From the NCBI GenBank assembly GCA_020723205.1, contig DYJF01000003.1, forward strand, positions 1 through 61,645: 61,645 bases of DNA, in the 5' to 3' direction. Every line of letters starts with the position of its first letter. The stretch's first letter is position 1. The notes beneath the pieces were generated by a model, which did no database searches, was not told the origin of the DNA, and was given only the letters and a program-made list of their open reading frames with translations. Positions 29,047 to 36,765 of the stretch are shown here, piece after piece. Source of the stretch: Bdellovibrio sp. Its GTDB lineage: Bacteria > UBA10199 > 2-02-FULL-44-16 > DYJF01. The translations under genes were made by a program, and so were the position numbers.

Positions 29047-29355
29047 AGGCAGTTGGTTTCAATAGCAGAGGAGGTTGCAAGGAGGGTGGCCAGGTGGCCC
29101 AAAGGACACGGTAACCTTGTCGATCAGCTGCGCCGCGCAGCGACCTCCGCGGTTCTCAATCTGGCGGAAGGCAACGGAAAGAGCAGATACAGACGCGAAC
29201 GCCGCTGGTTCTTTCGAATCTCGCTCGGCTCGATCGCCGAAGTTGCGGCGGCTCTTGATCTTGCCCACGCATTCGGGCTGATCGAAAGCAGAGGGCTGGA
29301 TTCTCTCAAATCACGGCTTCGCGTGGCATACGTGCAAGTGAGAGCCCTCCCATGA
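29020..29355 (+). CDS. Four-helix-bundle protein, 23S rRNA-IVS / Avd-like family (P4)
   Basis: 111 aa, MNHEKLECY…VDQLRRA…LNLAEGNG…RERRWFFRISLGSIAEVAAALD. The closest paralog by eye is P1. Confidence 0.85.
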   Translation: MNHEKLECYRQLVSIAEEVARRVARWPKGHGNLVDQLRRAATSAVLNLAEGNGKSRYRRERRWFFRISLGSIAEVAAALDLAHAFGLIESRGLDSLKSRLRVAYVQVRALP

Positions 29356-29459
29356 GCCCTGTTCTCTTCTCACAGTTGCTCAGTTATCAGTTCTCTCGCT
29401 CTTTTCTCTGTTCTCTGCGGTTAACGGCGATGATCAAACGATGGAACAGCGATAGAAGT

Positions 29460-29486
29460 GCGATAAAAAGCGATAAAAAAGCGATT
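29460..29486 (-). repeat. Inverted, reiterated version of the AATCGCTTTT boundary motif
   Basis: The plus strand reads GCGATAAAAAGCGATAAAAAAGCGATT. The reverse complement, AATCGCTTTTTTATCGCTTTTTATCGC, resembles 27783-27799 (AATCGCTTTTATCGCC). Confidence 0.55.
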
Positions 29487-29533
29487 CAGAATGGCATTGA
29501 CACTCAACCAGTATTGAAGCTACTTCAGCCCTG

Positions 29534-32500
29534 ATGCAGCACTCGCCCTTCGTACATCTGCACCTGCATACATATTACAGCCTTCTCGACGGCGCCATCC
29601 CCATCGAGGCGCTGGCTCTGCGCGCAAAAGAGCTCAAAATGCCCTCGGTCGCCATGACCGATCACGGCAACCTCTTCGGCGCCATCGAGTTCTACGAAAA
29701 GATACAAAGGCACGGGATAAAGCCCATAATCGGCTGCGAGGCCTATGTCGTTACGAAGGGCTCGAGAAAGGACAGGGGCGGCCAGTTGGAGGGCTTCACG
29801 TCCCATCTGGTCCTTTTGTGCAAGAATAGGGCTGGTTATAGGAACCTCTGCCGTCTGATAAGTTCAAGTTATTTAGAAGGGTTCTATTATAAACCACGAA
29901 TAGATAAAGATCTATTGCGTGAGCATAATGAGGGACTGATCGCACTGTCGGGTTGCCTCAAAGGAGAGATATCAAGGGCGCTTTTTGAGGACCGGATGGA
30001 GGACGCCAGGGCCGCAGCCCTTGAGTACGCCTCCATATTCACGAACGACCGTTTCTTTTTGGAGCTTCAGGATCAGGGTCTGGAAGGGCAGGCAAAGGTC
30101 AGAAAAGGGATCATGGAGCTGGCGAGAGGGACGGGGCTGCCGCTCGTTGCCACGAACGATGTGCATTATCTTTCGAGGGAGGATTCATCCGCGCAGGACG
30201 CGCTTCTTTGCATACAGACGGGAACGACCATAGACGCGAAGGACCGCCTGCGCCTTATGAGCGACCAGTTCTATTTGAAGTCGCATGACGAGATGGCCTC
30301 TCTCTTCAGCGATTGTCCCGAGGCGATATCGAACACCATGGCGGTCGCGGAGCGGTTGAATCTGGACTTCGATTTCAAGACCTACCATTTTCCGAAGTTC
30401 GTACCGCCGGAAGGCGTGGACCTCGCCAATTATCTGGAGCAGCAGGCGAGGGACGGCTTGAAGAGGCGCTGGTCCTCCATCGTCGCGGTCCAGAAGAAAG
30501 ACGAGGAGACGCTCAAGGCGGAATACGAGGCGCGACTGGTGGAGGAGCTCTCGCTCATCAAGACGATGGGTTTTGCCGGATATTTCCTCATCGTCGCCGA
30601 CTTCATCGGTTTCGCAAAGACGAAGAACATTCCTGTGGGCCCCGGACGCGGCTCCGCGGCCGGCTCGCTCGTCGCCTATTGCCTCAATATAACGGACATA
30701 GATCCCTTGGTGCACGGACTTCTCTTCGAGCGTTTCCTGAACCCGGAGCGCATCAGCATGCCCGACATGGACATAGACTTCTGCATGCGCCGCCGCGACG
30801 AGGTCATAAGATACGTCGCGGAAAAATACGGCAATGTCTCGCAGATAATAACGTTCGGAAAGATGAAGGCGAGGGCGGTCGTGCGCGACGTGGGCCGCGT
30901 GATGGGCATGGCCTACGGTGAGGTGGACCGCATCGCCAAGCTCATCCCCGCGACGCTCAACATGACGCTCGCACAGGCCCTCGAGATAGAGCCGAAGCTC
31001 AAGGACGAGGTGAAGAGATCGCAGGAAGTGAAGCGCATGATAGAGATCGCGCGCTCGCTTGAGGGTTTTCCGCGCCATGCGTCCACTCACGCGGCGGGCG
31101 TCGTCATCTCCGACAAGCCGCTCTCCGAGTTCCTGCCGCTGTATCTCGGCCAGCACGATGAAATAGTGACGCAGTTCGACATGAAGGCGGTCGAGAAGGT
31201 AGGCCTCGTCAAGTTCGACTTTCTGGGCCTCAAGACGCTGACCGTCATTGACGATGCGGTGAGACAGATCGAAAAACGGCACGGCATAAAAGTGGGAATA
31301 GACACGCTTCCGTTCGACGATCCGCTCGTCTATTCGGAACTGTCGCACGGCGACACCGCCGGCGTCTTCCAGCTCGAAAGCTCCGGCATGACCGACCTCG
31401 TGATGCGTTTGAAGCCCAGCGTCTTCGCTGACCTGGTCGCTCTGGTCGCGCTTTTCCGCCCGGGTCCCTTGGGCAGCGGCATGGTGGACGATTTCATAAA
31501 CCGCAAGCACGGCAAGACGCCCATCAGGTACGAGCTTTTGCAGCTCGAGCCGATACTCAAAGACACGTACGGCGTCATCGTCTATCAGGAACAGGTGATG
31601 CAGATAGCGAACCGCTTGGCGGGGTTCTCGCTGGGAGAGGCGGACATACTGCGCCGCGCGATGGGAAAGAAGAAGGCCGAGGAGATGGCCAAGCAGAAGG
31701 AGCGCTTCATCGGCGGCTGTGTCGCGAACAAGATATCAAGGGCGAGGGCCGAGCGGCTCTTCGATCTTATAGCGAAATTCGCCGAATACGGGTTCAACAA
31801 ATCTCATAGCGCGGCGTACGCGCTGGTCGCCTACCAGACCGCGTATCTCAAGTTCCATTATCCGACCGAGTTCATGGCCGCGCTGCTCACCACTGAAAAG
31901 GACAACGCGGACAAGATCCTGCAGTACATCGGCGACTGCAAATCGAGGGCGATAAAGATCCTGCCGCCGGACGTCAACGAGAGCGGCCGCGATTTTTCCG
32001 TCGTCGCCGACAACACGATCCGCTTTGGACTCGCCGCCGTGAAGAACGTGGGTGAGGCGGCCATCGACAGCGTCGTTGCGGTAAGAGAGGCGGCGGGGCC
32101 CTTCACGTCGCTGTTCGACTTCTGCGAGAGGGTGGATTCAAGAAAGGCCAACAAGCGCGTGATAGAATCGCTCATCAAATGCGGGGCGTTCGATTTTGCG
32201 GGAGCCCCCCGCGCCGCGATGTTCACATCGCTCGACCGCGCCATGGACATGGCGTCCTCGCATCAGCGCGACAGGCAGACCGGCCAGGCGCGGATATTCG
32301 ACCTGATGGGCGAAAGATCGCAAACGCCCGAGAAGCTCGAAGATGTTCCCGAGTGGCAGGAGCGCCAGCTTCTGGCCTTCGAAAAAGAGTCGCTGGGGTT
32401 TTACATCACCGGCCATCCGCTCGCGCGGTTCGAGACGATGCTCGCGCAGTATGCCAACTTCGACACGTCCACGGTGGCCTCCGCCAAGGACAAGCAGGAG

Positions 32501-32995
32501 GTCAGGATGGGCGGCGTCTGCGCCAAGCTCAAGGAGATAACCACGAAGCGGGGCGACCGCATGGGATTCGTGACGCTCGAGGACCTGAAAGGGTCCGCGG
32601 AGATCATCGTCTTCTCCGACGTCTATACCGCGAGCCACCTTCTCATAAAGGGGGAGCGGCCGTTCTTCGTCATCGGACAGGCGGACACGGACGGCGAGAC
32701 GGTCAAGATCATTGCGCGCCAGATATTACCGCTGGAAGAGGCGCCGGAACATTTGACCAAGAGCATACATTTCATCCTGCACGCGCCGGAAGTGACGGCA
32801 AAACATATCGCCCAACTCAAGAACGTGCTGGGGCGTTTTCCCGGAAAATGCCCCGGCTTCGTGCACTTGGTTTCGCCCAATAAGACGGAAACTGTGCTTG
32901 CCCTGCCCGACGATTTAAAGCTTGTTCCGACGCCGCAACTTGTGGCATCAGTGGAAAAACTATTCGGTCACAATGTCACGAGATTCATCTCCTAA
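29534..32995 (+). CDS. dnaE: DNA polymerase III alpha subunit
   Basis: 1153 aa. PHP domain start (FVHLHLHTYYSLLDG), polymerase core (…DIDFC…, GLVKFDFLGL) and a C-terminal OB fold. Confidence 0.95.
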   Translation: MQHSPFVHLHLHTYYSLLDGAIPIEALALRAKELKMPSVAMTDHGNLFGAIEFYEKIQRHGIKPIIGCEAYVVTKGSRKDRGGQLEGFTSHLVLLCKNRAGYRNLCRLISSSYLEGFYYKPRIDKDLLREHNEGLIALSGCLKGEISRALFEDRMEDARAAALEYASIFTNDRFFLELQDQGLEGQAKVRKGIMELARGTGLPLVATNDVHYLSREDSSAQDALLCIQTGTTIDAKDRLRLMSDQFYLKSHDEMASLFSDCPEAISNTMAVAERLNLDFDFKTYHFPKFVPPEGVDLANYLEQQARDGLKRRWSSIVAVQKKDEETLKAEYEARLVEELSLIKTMGFAGYFLIVADFIGFAKTKNIPVGPGRGSAAGSLVAYCLNITDIDPLVHGLLFERFLNPERISMPDMDIDFCMRRRDEVIRYVAEKYGNVSQIITFGKMKARAVVRDVGRVMGMAYGEVDRIAKLIPATLNMTLAQALEIEPKLKDEVKRSQEVKRMIEIARSLEGFPRHASTHAAGVVISDKPLSEFLPLYLGQHDEIVTQFDMKAVEKVGLVKFDFLGLKTLTVIDDAVRQIEKRHGIKVGIDTLPFDDPLVYSELSHGDTAGVFQLESSGMTDLVMRLKPSVFADLVALVALFRPGPLGSGMVDDFINRKHGKTPIRYELLQLEPILKDTYGVIVYQEQVMQIANRLAGFSLGEADILRRAMGKKKAEEMAKQKERFIGGCVANKISRARAERLFDLIAKFAEYGFNKSHSAAYALVAYQTAYLKFHYPTEFMAALLTTEKDNADKILQYIGDCKSRAIKILPPDVNESGRDFSVVADNTIRFGLAAVKNVGEAAIDSVVAVREAAGPFTSLFDFCERVDSRKANKRVIESLIKCGAFDFAGAPRAAMFTSLDRAMDMASSHQRDRQTGQARIFDLMGERSQTPEKLEDVPEWQERQLLAFEKESLGFYITGHPLARFETMLAQYANFDTSTVASAKDKQEVRMGGVCAKLKEITTKRGDRMGFVTLEDLKGSAEIIVFSDVYTASHLLIKGERPFFVIGQADTDGETVKIIARQILPLEEAPEHLTKSIHFILHAPEVTAKHIAQLKNVLGRFPGKCPGFVHLVSPNKTETVLALPDDLKLVPTPQLVASVEKLFGHNVTRFIS

Positions 32996-33026
32996 AAAAA
33001 GAGGAAAGGGCGTACGCCGCGCGCGT

Positions 33027-34274
33027 ATGGCGGATCGCGTCTTCGTCGTGGGCGTCAAGCACGGCCGCATGACGACATCCCAGATGGAGCGCTCCTTCGA
33101 GGAGCTTGTGCGCCTCGTGAACACGGCTGGGGGGCAGGTGGCCGCGTCCACAAGGCAGGACGTGAAGCGCATCGACCCCGCGACCTTTTTGGGGCGCGGC
33201 AAGGTGGAGGAGATCGCCTCCCTCGTGCGCGAGAACAACGCCGACCTCGTCGTGGTGGACGAGGACCTCTCGCCGGTGCAGAACAGGAACTTGGAAGAGC
33301 GCCTGGGCGCCTTCGTGCTGGATCGTACGGCGGTGATACTCGACATATTCGCCATGCGGGCGCGCACGGGCGAGGGCAAGCTTCAGGTGGAGCTGGCCCA
33401 GCTTGAGTATCTGGCGCCGCGCCTTGTGGGCCGCGGCCGGATGTTCTCGCAGCAGGCGGGCCGCATCGGAACGCGCGGTCCCGGAGAGACGGCGCTCGAA
33501 TACGAAAGGCGCAACATCAGGGACCGCATCACTCATCTGCGCCGGCAGATAGAAAAGGTGAGGGCGTCCCGCGAGATCCACCGCCAAAAACGCAAGGCGG
33601 TACCGATACCCATGGTCGCGATAGTCGGCTACACGAACGCAGGAAAATCAACCGTGATGAACACCCTGACCGACGCCCAGGTCTTCGTTGAGGACAAGCT
33701 CTTCGCGACATTGGACCCGACCGTCAGAAGGTTGCGCCTGCCCTCGGGGCGGGACGTGCTTCTGGCGGACACTGTGGGGTTCATAAGGCGCCTGCCGCAC
33801 CAGCTGGTCGCCGCGTTCAAGGCGACGTTCGAGGAGATCGCTTACGCCGACCTTATCGTGGAGGTCCTGGACGTATCCGATCCGGACGCCCCCCAGCAGG
33901 TGAAGGTCGTGGACTCCGTCTTGGAGGAGATGGAGCTCAATCAAAAACCCAGAATACTCGTGCTCAACAAATGCGACCGGTTCGAAAAGTTCTATACGGA
34001 CGACGACGCGCTTCCGGTCTCGGCCATGACGGGCGACGGAATGGGGCTTCTCGTCGAAAAGATAGAGGGTATGCTCAAAAGCGGTTTTTCGCGGATGAGA
34101 TTGTATCTGCCGTACGCCCGCGGGGACGTACTGTGCATGATCTACCGCATCGGCCATGTCTACAGCGCGAAACACAGCGGCAAACACGTGATCGTGGACT
34201 GTGAACTGCCTGAAAAATACGCCAACAAGTTCAGGCCGTTCGGGAGAACTAGGAGCTTGTCTAAGGCGCAATAA
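33027..34274 (+). CDS. hflX: GTPase HflX
   Basis: HflX N-domain (…ILDIFAMRARTGEGKLQVELAQLEY…GPGETALE) and G-domain (GYTNAGKST, DTVGF, NKCD). The start is set at MADRVFVVGV. The ORF-track start at 32922 overlaps dnaE. Confidence 0.88.
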   Translation: MADRVFVVGVKHGRMTTSQMERSFEELVRLVNTAGGQVAASTRQDVKRIDPATFLGRGKVEEIASLVRENNADLVVVDEDLSPVQNRNLEERLGAFVLDRTAVILDIFAMRARTGEGKLQVELAQLEYLAPRLVGRGRMFSQQAGRIGTRGPGETALEYERRNIRDRITHLRRQIEKVRASREIHRQKRKAVPIPMVAIVGYTNAGKSTVMNTLTDAQVFVEDKLFATLDPTVRRLRLPSGRDVLLADTVGFIRRLPHQLVAAFKATFEEIAYADLIVEVLDVSDPDAPQQVKVVDSVLEEMELNQKPRILVLNKCDRFEKFYTDDDALPVSAMTGDGMGLLVEKIEGMLKSGFSRMRLYLPYARGDVLCMIYRIGHVYSAKHSGKHVIVDCELPEKYANKFRPFGRTRSLSKAQ

Positions 34275-34327
34275 TGTTGTAAATCGAAGATGTCATTGCT
34301 TCGCTACGCCCGCAATGACCTGATATT

Positions 34328-34891
34328 ATGACAGTTGCAAATATCCTTACTACGATACGTTTCGTTCTGACGCCCGTCTTCGTCGCGTTCTTCATAGTTG
34401 AACAGCACGCGTGGGCGATCATCGTCTTCAGCGTGGCCGGTTTTACGGACCTGATAGACGGCACGGTCGCGCGCATGTTGAAACAGCCGTCCGCGAAAGG
34501 CGCGCTCATGGACCCGGTGGCCGACAAATTCCTGGTCCAATCCTGTTTCGTCTGCCTGTTCGCGGCCGGTATCATCCCGTGGTGGTTCTTCATCCTGGCC
34601 ATGGGGCGCGACGTCATGATCGTCTCCGGCATCTTCTATCTCGAATACAAGAAATACGAGCTGCCTTACCGAGCGACGTGGTCCTCGAAGATAGCGACCC
34701 TCTTCCAGCTCGCGGTGGCCGTGATAGGCCTCATACTCTGGTGGGAGCCCAAGATGGCGATAGGCGTGCTCTCGCTTCCTGATCTCTATTTCGGCATCAT
34801 CGTCACGACGTCGCTCCTTTTAGTCGTCAGCGGCGCGCAATACGTCATGATCGGTCTTTCGATCCTCAAAGAGAACCGGGTGAGGGCATGA
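34328..34891 (+). CDS. pgsA: CDP-alcohol phosphatidyltransferase (PgsA-like)
   Basis: 187-aa membrane protein with the motif DLIDGTVAR…G…DPVADK (D-x2-DG-x2-AR…G-x3-D-x3-D). Confidence 0.8.
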   Translation: MTVANILTTIRFVLTPVFVAFFIVEQHAWAIIVFSVAGFTDLIDGTVARMLKQPSAKGALMDPVADKFLVQSCFVCLFAAGIIPWWFFILAMGRDVMIVSGIFYLEYKKYELPYRATWSSKIATLFQLAVAVIGLILWWEPKMAIGVLSLPDLYFGIIVTTSLLLVVSGAQYVMIGLSILKENRVRA

Positions 34892-35976
34892 GCCGCCTCA
34901 AACTCAAGCTTGTCGTAAGCGACTTTCATCTCGGCAAGGGTCCTTACTTCGCCAACGGGGAGAGGAACTATCTCGAGGATTTCTTCTACGACCAGAGATT
35001 CTCGGAGTTTCTGGCCTACTATTCCGCGGAGGAGTACGAAAAAGCGGATATCGAGCTGGTCATAGGCGGCGATTTTTTCAACCACCTGCAGGTGGATCCT
35101 CGCGAGATCAATCCGGAGTTCATCACCGAGCGCGTGGCGCTGGCCCGTACGGGTGCGATCATGGAAGGACACCCGGCCATTTTCGAGGCGCTGAAAAAGT
35201 TCGCGGCGACGCCCAATCACCGGATAACGTTCCTTGTCGGCAATCATGATATAGCGCTTCTGTACGCGTCGGTCTCAAGATACGTTGAACAGGCGATAGG
35301 CGGGCAGACCCGTGTCCACATGACTCCGCAGCATATCACTGACGGCGTCTGTTTCGAGCACGGCAACCAGCACGTAGCCGAGAACTGGATCGATTTCGAC
35401 AACCCCTTCGTGACGAAGGACGTCTCGGAGCCGATAATAGACCTCCCGTGGGGCGATCTGTTCGTCATTCGTTTTTTGAACCGCGTGAAGAAGGAGCGCC
35501 ATTACGTGGACAAGGTGTTCCCGTTCAAGATGTACCTGCGCTGGGCGCTTTTGCACGACACATGGTTCGCCCTGCGCGCGTCCTTCTACGGCATCGTCTA
35601 TTTCATGCAGGTCCTGCTCAAGGTGGGGGAGAACCGCAATTTTCAGACGAAGAGGACGCTCAAGATCATGAAGGAGTTCTCCTTTCCGGTGAAGATGCAC
35701 CGCGCGGCCAAGCGCGTTCTTCGCGCGCATCCGGAATGCAAGATCGTCGTCTTCGGCCACGGCCACAGGCCGGCATCGTGGCAATTCGGCGACGGGCGCT
35801 GGTATTTCAATACCGGAATATGGAACGAGATGATCAGCATGGACGTAGGCACGATGGGCCGTTCCTTGAGGTTCACGTTCGCAGAGATCTGTTACGATAA
35901 GCACAACGCGCCTAAAGGGCAGCTCAAGGAATGGAAGGGCTGCTACCGCGAAGTGGAGGACGTAGTTCTCACATGA
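34888..35976 (+). CDS. Calcineurin-like metallophosphoesterase
   Basis: Motifs SDFHLG, GGDFFNH, VGNHD and GHGH appear in the canonical order. ATGA overlap with pgsA. Confidence 0.6.
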   Translation: MSRLKLKLVVSDFHLGKGPYFANGERNYLEDFFYDQRFSEFLAYYSAEEYEKADIELVIGGDFFNHLQVDPREINPEFITERVALARTGAIMEGHPAIFEALKKFAATPNHRITFLVGNHDIALLYASVSRYVEQAIGGQTRVHMTPQHITDGVCFEHGNQHVAENWIDFDNPFVTKDVSEPIIDLPWGDLFVIRFLNRVKKERHYVDKVFPFKMYLRWALLHDTWFALRASFYGIVYFMQVLLKVGENRNFQTKRTLKIMKEFSFPVKMHRAAKRVLRAHPECKIVVFGHGHRPASWQFGDGRWYFNTGIWNEMISMDVGTMGRSLRFTFAEICYDKHNAPKGQLKEWKGCYREVEDVVLT

Positions 35977-36608
35977 TAGAATGCGTTGACCTAGGACTCA
36001 TTTCATACACTGAAGCGTGGGGGATCCAGGAGGAGCTTCGCGCAAGGCGCGAAAAAGGGGATATCCCTGATCGTCTTTTGCTTCTGGAGCATCCGCCCGT
36101 CTTGACCTTGGGCAAACGCGAGTGCAAAGAGGATATCGTATCCTCTCCGGAGGCGATCGCCGCGGACGGTATCGGCATCGTGAAAGCGAACCGCGGCGGA
36201 CGCGTCACATATCACGGCCCCGGCCAGCTGGTGGGGTATTTCATCTTCGATGTCGGGGATGCCGGCATCAAGCGTTTTGTCTGTCTCATCGAGGAGCTTC
36301 TTATCGAGACGCTGGGGGAGTTCGGGATAAAAGGCCATCGCGACCGTGAGCACCCGGGCGTCTGGGTGGGGCAGGACAAGATCGCCGCGATAGGCCTCCA
36401 CGTATCGCGCGGCATCACACAGCATGGATTCGCCCTCAACGTGGACCCCAACCTTTCACACTATCGCCACATAGTTCCCTGCGGGATACGCGGCCGCGGC
36501 GTGACCTCGATGAAGGTGCTTATGGAGACATGTCCCGCCATGGGCGCGGTAAGATCGGTGCTGAAGACGAAGCTCGACGGCCTTTTCATAAAAAACCGCG
36601 CAGTTTAA
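35973..36608 (+). CDS. lipB: Octanoyltransferase LipB
   Basis: 211 aa: LLLEHPPVLTLGKRE…RGGRVTYHGPGQLVGY…KIAAIG. The start MIECVDLG forms an ATGA overlap with the previous gene. Confidence 0.9.
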   Translation: MIECVDLGLISYTEAWGIQEELRARREKGDIPDRLLLLEHPPVLTLGKRECKEDIVSSPEAIAADGIGIVKANRGGRVTYHGPGQLVGYFIFDVGDAGIKRFVCLIEELLIETLGEFGIKGHRDREHPGVWVGQDKIAAIGLHVSRGITQHGFALNVDPNLSHYRHIVPCGIRGRGVTSMKVLMETCPAMGAVRSVLKTKLDGLFIKNRAV

Positions 36609-36711
36609 GCAATGGTTGAAGTTTATCATCGCCAAAATATTATTAAATAATAGATAATTAGCGCCTAGACATTAAAGTTATGTGCTAGATATATCCCTAC
36701 GCAATTACTTA

Positions 36712-36738
36712 GCAACTTCCTGATCTTTCTGCCGAAAA
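36712..36738 (+). promoter_or_regulatory. Alternative-sigma-type promoter motif, copy 2 of 4 (GCAACTT-N13-CCGAAAA)
   Basis: Lies in the AT-rich intergenic region, 27 nt before the ATG at 36766. Followed by GTGAGGGAGCA (36756-36766), an 11-mer also found at 51892-51902. Confidence 0.5.
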
Positions 36739-36765
36739 AGAAGCGGGTATTCAACGTGAGGGAGC

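Noticed and set aside
26810-29355. Diversity-generating retroelement, considered because the four-helix-bundle proteins belong to the Avd-related family.
   Set aside because: No reverse transcriptase ORF, no template/variable repeat pair with A-specific mismatches, and no plausible target gene were seen anywhere in the window.
29404-29416. 13-mer TTCTCTGTTCTCT shared between the dnaE upstream spacer (29404-29416) and the trmB coding region (54133-54145).
   Set aside because: It is a low-complexity pyrimidine word. One copy is within a conserved coding region, and no extended similarity surrounds either copy.
26709-29533. CRISPR array or 23S rRNA intervening sequence.
   Set aside because: The repeats are few (2-3 copies), of different kinds and irregularly spaced, with no spacer-repeat periodicity. 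No rRNA sequence flanks the four-helix-bundle genes.
29498-29533. Sigma-70 promoter and leaderless mRNA for dnaE (TTGACA at 29498-29503).
   Set aside because: At 17-nt spacing the -10 candidate is only CTACTT. The evidence is too weak to call.
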